Below, piece after piece: positions 1-6,008 of a stretch of 23,981 nt of DNA. Position 1 is the first letter of the stretch. Each line of letters starts with the position of its first letter. Source of the DNA: Nitrospirota bacterium (GTDB taxonomy: Bacteria > Nitrospirota > Nitrospiria > Nitrospirales > Nitrospiraceae). The notes beneath the pieces were generated by a model that saw only the letters and a list, made by a program, of their open reading frames with translations, had not been told where the DNA came from and searched no databases. Position numbers and translations under genes: made by a program. The stretch spans positions 1 to 23,981 of the forward strand of contig CAVPGK010000022.1 of NCBI GenBank assembly GCA_963703955.1, given 5' to 3'.

Positions 1-763
1 GTGAAACCCCGTTTGGGGCGTCGCTGGGGGTGGGGACGAAGAAGGGCGCTTCGAACAGGTTTTTTGTTCCCGAGTAGAACATCTGCAGACGCTCGACCAC
101 GCGGTCCCCGATCAAGACCTCGCCATGAATAGAGATTTTGCGGGAATCCCAGTCACTGTGCGGTCGGACGAGTGAACCGGAGAGCGTTCGGACCGAGGCG
201 GTCAATTTGACGTCGTCCTTGGCCATCAAGGGCTGGCCAGGGGCCGGGATCTCGATTTGAACAATGAAGCCGTAGAGGTGCAACACGATTCCATCATTGG
301 TAAGGTCGCGTCCCGGAATCAGCAGCACGGTCGTGCTGGCCCGCTGCGTCGCCGCCGGATAGTGCAGCGGGCCTTGCGCCGCAATCTCCACGAGTGTCGG
401 CCTCTCGAGGGACAATGTCGTCCGGAAGGAACCCGAGGGGCGCGTGGAGTAATGCGGTTCTTCCATCAGGCGAGGCGTTCGCATGATTTGATTTTGATCC
501 CCCGGCTCACCAAGCTGCATGCCTGAAGCCAGCAATCGGCCTGTTGCTACGTCGGTGATGGTCACGCGGGCCCCGCCCACGTCGTCTCCCAGCACCATCG
601 ATCCATGCGCCACCACCCGCACCATCACCTCGGTGTCCATGGGCGACTCAGGCTGCGACTCTAGATTCGGCGCCTCAGCCGTATGGCCAAGGCCGATGAC
701 TCCGCCCCAGAGAATGCCGACGAAGGTTATCCAACGGAAGTGCCGTAGATGAAGTTGGACCAA
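1..763 (-). CDS. Conserved hypothetical exported protein, running off the left window edge (not in the ORF track)
   Basis: Translated by hand: the frame is open from TTG 763 (alternative GTG 775) to position 1, with a GGAGG RBS at 779-775. Signal-peptide-like N-terminus (HFRWITFVGILWGGVIGLGHTAEA), then a beta-rich region VMVRVVAHGSMVLGDDVGGARVTITDVATGRLLASG. Confidence 0.75.
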   Translation of the reverse strand, partial: MVQLHLRHFRWITFVGILWGGVIGLGHTAEAPNLESQPESPMDTEVMVRVVAHGSMVLGDDVGGARVTITDVATGRLLASGMQLGEPGDQNQIMRTPRLMEEPHYSTRPSGSFRTTLSLERPTLVEIAAQGPLHYPAATQRASTTVLLIPGRDLTNDGIVLHLYGFIVQIEIPAPGQPLMAKDDVKLTASVRTLSGSLVRPHSDWDSRKISIHGEVLIGDRVVERLQMFYSGTKNLFEAPFFVPTPSDAPNGVS

Positions 764-872
764 ATCTGCATTCACCTCCCTGACAGCGGCGGGACTATCC
801 CGGACGAACCCATTCGGCGAAAACTTTTTCCCTTTCTCCTTCCTTATCTCATTGGAGAGGCTCATTGTAGTT

Positions 873-972
873 GAGGGTGGTGGCCTGACTCACTTCAACT
901 GCGCGCATCGAGCGAGCACATTCTGATCGTGCGCGGTCTGCGAGCACGGAAGTCAGTCAGGCCACCACCCTC
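873..972. repeat. Type II palindromic intergenic element, empty form
   Basis: 24-bp inverted arms 873-896 GAGGGTGGTGGCCTGACTCACTTC and 949-972 (1 mismatch). The core matches 15569-15604 plus 15695-15706 in reverse complement. Confidence 0.9.
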
Positions 973-981
973 CGTCCTTAT

Positions 982-3054
982 TCATTTCACCTTTGTCCCC
1001 GGCTCAGCATCATCCATCAGCGTCACCAATCCCCGCACTTCTTGATCCCCAGCCGCCAGCACCATGCCTTGCGACTCGATGCCCATCAGTTTGGCCGGTT
1101 TAAGGTTGGCCACAATCACGATTTTCTTCCCGACGAGCGGCTCCGGATCATACTTTTTCCCGATGCCGGCGACGATCTGGCGCTGCTCATCGCCGAGGTC
1201 AACTTGCAACTTGAGCAGTTTCTCCGACCTTGGCACCCGCTCGGCGGTCAACACAGTCGCCACCTTGAGCTGAATCTTTTGAAAGTCTTCGATCGTGATC
1301 TGGTGCCCACTAGGGACGGGTGCTGCGCCCCCCGGCGGCGCGGCTGGAGTGGGTGAAACCTGTGGTGAGTTGGCTTGCGGCTGCATCAACGTATGGTCGG
1401 CCACGCGAGACTCTCCTTGTGTCTTGGCCACGTCAATCCTAGGAAACAGTGGGCCGCCTTTCGCGATTTCTGTTCCCGGCAGGAGTCCGCCCCATGTGAT
1501 CTCAGCAGACAGGAGCGGCTTCGAAAAGTTCAACATCAGGCCAAGTTGGCGTTTCATTTCTTCGGCCGTTTGAGGCATGAAGGGGGAGAGAACCACGCAG
1601 AGGAATCGGAGTGTCTCCGCCGCGTGATACAGCACAGTCTCCAGCCGCGGCCTGTCCTCAGGTTTCTTGGCCAGTGTCCAGGGCGCAGTCTTATCGATAT
1701 ATTGATTACCGGCCTGAACCAGTTCCCACACCATTTCCAGAGCCCGGTTGAACTCCAGGTCAGTGACGCAACTCTCCACGACCTTAGGCGGGAGGTGCTC
1801 TGCGATCTGCCGTAGCTGTCGTTCCAGTTCCGTGTCGGCCGATATGTGTGGCTCCGGGATGGTGTTCTTTGCAAACCGTTCAATCAGCACGAGTGTCCGA
1901 TTGAGGAGATTGCCCAACCCATTGGCCAGGTCACTGTTGATTCGGCCTATCAGCGCCTCTCGGGAGAAATCACCATCATGGCCGAATGGCACCTCGCGCA
2001 AGAGGAAGTACCGAAAGGCGTCGGAGCCGAATTGATCGACCATCGCGTACGGGTCCACGACGTTTCCGCGGCTCTTCGACATTTTTTCGCCATTCACCGT
2101 CCACCACCCGTGCGCAAAGATTGTGCGGGGAGGCTCCAAACCGAGGGCTCTCAACATGGTGGCCCAATAGACGGAGTGGGTTGTAAGGATGTCCTTGCCG
2201 ATCAGGTGGTAATCCGCCGGCCACCACTGGTCAAAACGTCGCGGGTCTGAGGCATAGCCAGGGACCGAAATATAGTTCACCAGGGCGTCGAACCAAACGT
2301 AGGTCACATACTGAGGATCAAACGGAAGTTCAATGCCCCACGAAAGGCGAGCCTTGGGCCGTGAGATGGATAGATCTTCCAAAGGTCGTTGAAGGAACCC
2401 GAGGACCTCGTTTCTGCGCGCGCGGGGTTTGATGAAATCAGGGTGCTCCTCAATATAGGACTTGAGCCAGTCTTGGTACTTGCCCATCCGGAAAAAGTAA
2501 TTCTTTTCGCTCAGCCGTTCGACGGGACGCTTGCAATCCGGGCACAGAACGTTCTCTTTATCCTTCTGAATCCAAAAGGGGGCATTATCCCCCTTCCAAA
2601 AGGGAGCTTGATCGTCGGTCCAAAAGAGAACGTCTTTCTCTGTCCAGAACCGTTCGTCGAACGTGCAATACCAACCTGTGTAATCAGCAGAATAAATTTC
2701 ACCTTTCTCATAAAGTGCCTGTAAGGCGCTTTGGACGACCCCCTTGTGGCGAGGCTGTGTCGTCCGAACGAAGTCGTCGTTTGAGATAGTGAGTCGCTTC
2801 CACAGGTTTTGGAATTGAGGAGCGAGCTGGTCGCAATACCGCTGTGGGTCGATGCCGGCCTTTTGGGCAGCCTGCTGGACCTTTTGACCATGTTCGTCGA
2901 GGCCGGTCAGAAAGAACACCTCTTGCCCGGTCAATCGCCTAAAACGTGCCACAACATCGGCCGCGATCGTCGTGTAGGCGTGCCCGATGTGCGGGACATC
3001 GTTCACATAATAGATCGGGGTTGTGATGTAAAAGGTCTTGCGCATACCGGTCAA
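982..3054 (-). CDS. metG: Methionine--tRNA ligase with C-terminal tRNA-binding domain
   Basis: FYITTPIYYVNDVPHIGH (HIGH motif), KMSKS, a zinc knuckle ending CPDC, and a C-terminal Trbp111-like domain (ITIEDFQKIQLKVA...ESQGMVLAA). The start may be ATG 3045 rather than TTG 3054. Confidence 0.98.
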   Translation of the reverse strand: MTGMRKTFYITTPIYYVNDVPHIGHAYTTIAADVVARFRRLTGQEVFFLTGLDEHGQKVQQAAQKAGIDPQRYCDQLAPQFQNLWKRLTISNDDFVRTTQPRHKGVVQSALQALYEKGEIYSADYTGWYCTFDERFWTEKDVLFWTDDQAPFWKGDNAPFWIQKDKENVLCPDCKRPVERLSEKNYFFRMGKYQDWLKSYIEEHPDFIKPRARRNEVLGFLQRPLEDLSISRPKARLSWGIELPFDPQYVTYVWFDALVNYISVPGYASDPRRFDQWWPADYHLIGKDILTTHSVYWATMLRALGLEPPRTIFAHGWWTVNGEKMSKSRGNVVDPYAMVDQFGSDAFRYFLLREVPFGHDGDFSREALIGRINSDLANGLGNLLNRTLVLIERFAKNTIPEPHISADTELERQLRQIAEHLPPKVVESCVTDLEFNRALEMVWELVQAGNQYIDKTAPWTLAKKPEDRPRLETVLYHAAETLRFLCVVLSPFMPQTAEEMKRQLGLMLNFSKPLLSAEITWGGLLPGTEIAKGGPLFPRIDVAKTQGESRVADHTLMQPQANSPQVSPTPAAPPGGAAPVPSGHQITIEDFQKIQLKVATVLTAERVPRSEKLLKLQVDLGDEQRQIVAGIGKKYDPEPLVGKKIVIVANLKPAKLMGIESQGMVLAAGDQEVRGLVTLMDDAEPGTKVK

Positions 3055-3117
3055 GATAACAGGCCGCCTCCCGACAATGCTAGAGCAGAACCCGATCGGC
3101 GCAGGCGGTGGACGGCG

Positions 3118-4152
3118 TTATTGCAAGGCGACCTGTCCGGCACTGGGTGTGACGAGGATGTCCCGCAAGCGCAACAGAATATTCTCCAGGGCGATCAGCA
3201 GATTGATGTTGCGATTGGATGCCTGGGCGATGGCTTCAACCTCCGCTAACAGGTCCATCAGGTCGTCCGCCTGTACGTGCTGCGTGACGCTCTTGAGTTC
3301 CAACAGGTGATCCGGATTCAACAGGAGATCGGGGTCGGCCCCGACACGAAGGAGGAGCAGATCGCGCACCCAGAGCGTGATCCATTCCAGCGCCTCAGGT
3401 ATCCGATCGGCCTTGTGAAGCGCGTCGGCTGTGGCCAGCAACCTCGAGACGGACCGGAGCGCTGCCGGCGACAGCAAAGCGCGAAATTCGTTCTGGTTCG
3501 CCCGGATCGTCTTGACGTCGCCGGCAAGCGCCTGCCCGATACGAGCCTCCGTCAGCATCGTCAGCAAGCGGGCATCAGCCGGGGGCATGTTGCGTTTGAG
3601 GATTAGCGCGGCCTCTACCTGGGTATGCGCCGGCGGGACGAAGCGAATGCCCTGACATCGCGATCGGATTGTCGCAGGCAAGGCGAACGGCCTGCAGGTC
3701 ACCAGTACAAACAAGCTATGGGCCGGGGGTTCTTCAAGCGTTTTCAGGAGCGCGTTGGCTGCGCCCAGCGTCATCCGATCCGCCTCATCGAGGACGATGC
3801 TTTTGTATCGACCGATCAACGGACGATAGATAACCTGCTGTTCGATCTCCCGGATCTGCTCGATCTTGATTTGGGGGTTGGCCTGCTCGCGGTCCGGTTC
3901 GACCAGCAAGAAGTCCGGATGGGTTCGGGCTTCGATCTGGAGGCATGACCGGCATGCGCCACAGGTGTCCGGACTGTTCCCGCCGGCATCCGTGTCACAA
4001 TTGAGCGCCTGCGCAAACCGAAACGCGGTCAACCGTTTGCCGATACGATCCTCACCGTGAAACAGGTAGGCATGCGAGACGCGGTCGCGGAGGATCGATC
4101 CGCGCAACAGGGCCTTGGGGCCCTCGTGACCTATGAGATCGGCAAACGGCAT
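3118..4152 (-). CDS. holB: DNA polymerase III subunit delta'
   Basis: HAYLFHGEDRIGK, zinc module CGACRSC, HPDF, AANALLKTLEEPP, LPATIRSRCQ. Downstream of tmk, the usual arrangement. Confidence 0.95.
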   Translation of the reverse strand: MPFADLIGHEGPKALLRGSILRDRVSHAYLFHGEDRIGKRLTAFRFAQALNCDTDAGGNSPDTCGACRSCLQIEARTHPDFLLVEPDREQANPQIKIEQIREIEQQVIYRPLIGRYKSIVLDEADRMTLGAANALLKTLEEPPAHSLFVLVTCRPFALPATIRSRCQGIRFVPPAHTQVEAALILKRNMPPADARLLTMLTEARIGQALAGDVKTIRANQNEFRALLSPAALRSVSRLLATADALHKADRIPEALEWITLWVRDLLLLRVGADPDLLLNPDHLLELKSVTQHVQADDLMDLLAEVEAIAQASNRNINLLIALENILLRLRDILVTPSAGQVALQ

Positions 4153-4157
4153 AGTCC

Positions 4158-4245
4158 CAGGCTACTGAAAAGGCCATCCAGCGGATTCTCGGTCGCGTGT
4201 CCCCTCAACGTCCAAGAGCACGCCGCTTTTCATGCCTTGTTAGAC
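4158..4245 (+). repeat. Decayed type I element overlapping the tmk 3' end
   Basis: Colinear motifs CAGGCTACTGAAAAGGCCATC, TTCTCGG, CCTCAACG and GCCTTGTTAGAC match CAGGATGCTGAAAAAGGTCATC, TTCTCGG, CCTCAACG and GCCTTGTTGGAC in 5716-5890. Confidence 0.65.
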
Positions 4246-4921
4246 ACTCATGGACGATCATGGCGGCCTGATCGGCCACGGTATCCGGATCGAGTCGCGC
4301 ATCCAACAGGCGAATCCGTCCAGGGAAGCGGGTGTGCAGCTTGAGGAACCCGTTACGGACCCGCTCATGAAAGCGTACAGATTCGCGATCCAGCCGATTT
4401 TGTGAAGCGCCTTGCTGCCGGCGTCTGGCTAAACCCACCGCGACGGGCAGGTCGAACAACAAAGTCAGGTCGGGTGTGAGGCCGTTCGTCGCGAAACCGT
4501 TCATCGTACGAATGGCTCGTAAGGGTAGCCCCCGTGCGTACCCTTGGTAAGCCAGGGTGGAGTCGGAAAAACGATCGCAGAGCACCACCGCTCCTTCGCG
4601 CAAAGCGGGCTTGATGACCTCCGCCACGTGCTGGCTGCGAGCCGCAAAGATGAGAGCCGCTTCGCATTGAGGAGTCAGGGGGTCGGTCGCCGACGGGACG
4701 GCTGGTTGAGGTCGCGTGGAGGAAAGGCCCAACAAGAGGTCTCGGATGCGTTCCGCGATCGGCGTTCCTCCCGGCTCCCTAGTTTCAACCACGCGGTATC
4801 CTTGCTCACGAAGGAACTTGGCCAGCCGGGCGCACTGGGTGGTTTTCCCGCTGCCTTCAATTCCTTCCAAGGTGATGAAGACCCCTTGGCCGCGTCTTTT
4901 GGGGGGCCGGTTTCGGGACAC
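4205..4921 (-). CDS. tmk: Thymidylate kinase
   Basis: P-loop FITLEGIEGSGKTTQ, TREPGGT, LCDRFSDSTLAYQG, PDLTLLFD. Confidence 0.97.
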   Translation of the reverse strand: MSRNRPPKRRGQGVFITLEGIEGSGKTTQCARLAKFLREQGYRVVETREPGGTPIAERIRDLLLGLSSTRPQPAVPSATDPLTPQCEAALIFAARSQHVAEVIKPALREGAVVLCDRFSDSTLAYQGYARGLPLRAIRTMNGFATNGLTPDLTLLFDLPVAVGLARRRQQGASQNRLDRESVRFHERVRNGFLKLHTRFPGRIRLLDARLDPDTVADQAAMIVHECLTRHEKRRALGR

Positions 4922-4945
4922 AAACGACCTCGCCTCGATCAGGGC

Positions 4946-4974
4946 ATCCTATTCCAAGTCATTGAAAATGGCAA
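4946..4974 (-). promoter_or_regulatory. Predicted sigma70 promoter for tmk-holB-metG
   Basis: TTGCCA (4974-4969), 17-bp spacer, TAGGAT (4951-4946). Consensus match only. Confidence 0.6.
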
Positions 4975-4982
4975 GAAATGGC

Positions 4983-5011
4983 TTGCGGCATCAGGGCAAA
5001 GCTTGTATCAT
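4983..5011 (+). promoter_or_regulatory. Predicted sigma70 promoter for DUF502-glmU-glmS, divergent from the tmk promoter
   Basis: TTGCGG (4983-4988), 17-bp spacer, TATCAT (5006-5011). Consensus match only. Confidence 0.55.
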
Positions 5012-5021
5012 TGGACGGTTC

Positions 5022-5708
5022 ATGAACAACTCGGTGAAGTCACTCAGGGCCTCGCTAAAACGGTACTTTCTGACGGGGTTACTGGTCATAACCCCGATCT
5101 GGGGAACAGTGCTCATCCTGAAAACGCTTTTTCTGACTGTGGACAGCATTCTCGGCAATATGCTGTCACAAATCGTCCCTCCTGGATATTACGTTCCTGG
5201 ACTCGGCATTGTCACCCTCGTGCTCTTGGTGTTCGCCACGGGATTATTTACGGCGAACTTCATCGGGGGTCAGATCGTCAAGCTCTGGGAAGAACTTTTG
5301 CATCGGGTCCCGATTGTCCGTGGCATCTATTCGACACTGAAGTCAATGACGGATATCCTTTCCTTCAAGGAGAAGGAACGGTACAACCGGGTCGTCCTGA
5401 TTCAGTTTCCCAAGAACGGGCATTATTGCTTGGCCTTCGTCACCGGGGTCACTCACGGGGAAATACAAGAGATTACGAGCGACCCACTGCTGAATGTCTA
5501 CGTGCCGACGTCGCCGAATCCCACGTCCGGTTACTTCTTACTGGTGCCGGAAAAAGAGGTCGTGCCGTTAGAGATCAGCGTTGAAGAGGCTATGAAACTG
5601 ATCGTGTCAGGAGGCCTCTACACTCCGCCACAGTCCGGGTCTGGCTCTGCTCAGCCACGAGCGCCCGTCGCGAAAGCCCGGCCGGATCTGGAGGTCCCGA
5701 TCGCATAA
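5022..5708 (+). CDS. DUF502 family membrane protein
   Basis: LKRYFLTGLLVITPIWGT, RVPIVRGIYSTLK, VYVPTSPNPTSGYFLLVP, EEAMKLIVSGG. The start was moved from 4716 (which overlaps tmk) to ATG 5022, just after the predicted promoter. Confidence 0.9.
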   Translation: MNNSVKSLRASLKRYFLTGLLVITPIWGTVLILKTLFLTVDSILGNMLSQIVPPGYYVPGLGIVTLVLLVFATGLFTANFIGGQIVKLWEELLHRVPIVRGIYSTLKSMTDILSFKEKERYNRVVLIQFPKNGHYCLAFVTGVTHGEIQEITSDPLLNVYVPTSPNPTSGYFLLVPEKEVVPLEISVEEAMKLIVSGGLYTPPQSGSGSAQPRAPVAKARPDLEVPIA

Positions 5709-5714
5709 CTTTCT

Positions 5715-5975
5715 GCAGGATGCTGAAAAAGGTCATCAACTTCGTTCTCGGCTCGCAAGAATCCTCAACGGAGGACCCGGCCGCCTCACCGGCTCGGCGG
5801 CGCGCACAAACGTGGTGCTCCTTATTCGTCGCACCGTGCGCCCCTTGAGGGTACGCTCCGGGGTCCGAGCTTCCTGCGGCCTTGTTGGACGGGAATGGGC
5901 GCGTCCCCCAGGTAAGAGAGCTGGTCTTGGCCAGCTCGGGGCCGGGCGGGTGTAAGTGGCCTTTTTGAGCATCCT
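5715..5975 (+). repeat. Type I palindromic element A, carrying a 62-bp cassette and a hairpin module
   Basis: Inverted ends AGGATGCTGAAAAAGGTCA (5717-5735) and TGGCCTTTTTGAGCATCCT (5957-5975), 17/19 match. The backbone is colinear with 9636-9758. Confidence 0.9.
5918..5952 (+). repeat. Hairpin module copy 1
   Basis: GAGCTGG-TCTTGG-CCAGCTC-GGGGCCGGGCGGGTG. Confidence 0.9.
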
Positions 5976-6008
5976 ATCGGGAACAATTTCTTTCCATACT
6001 GAAATCAG

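Noticed and set aside
4544..5584. 346-aa ORF, and the 4716 start for the DUF502 gene
   Set aside because: Both overlap tmk on the opposite strand and cross the divergent promoters. No family motifs appear before 5022.
5736..5972. ORF beginning MLKK, and the similar ORF at 18544-18816
   Set aside because: These are read-throughs of type I repeats. MLKK and MFKK come from the inverted end itself.
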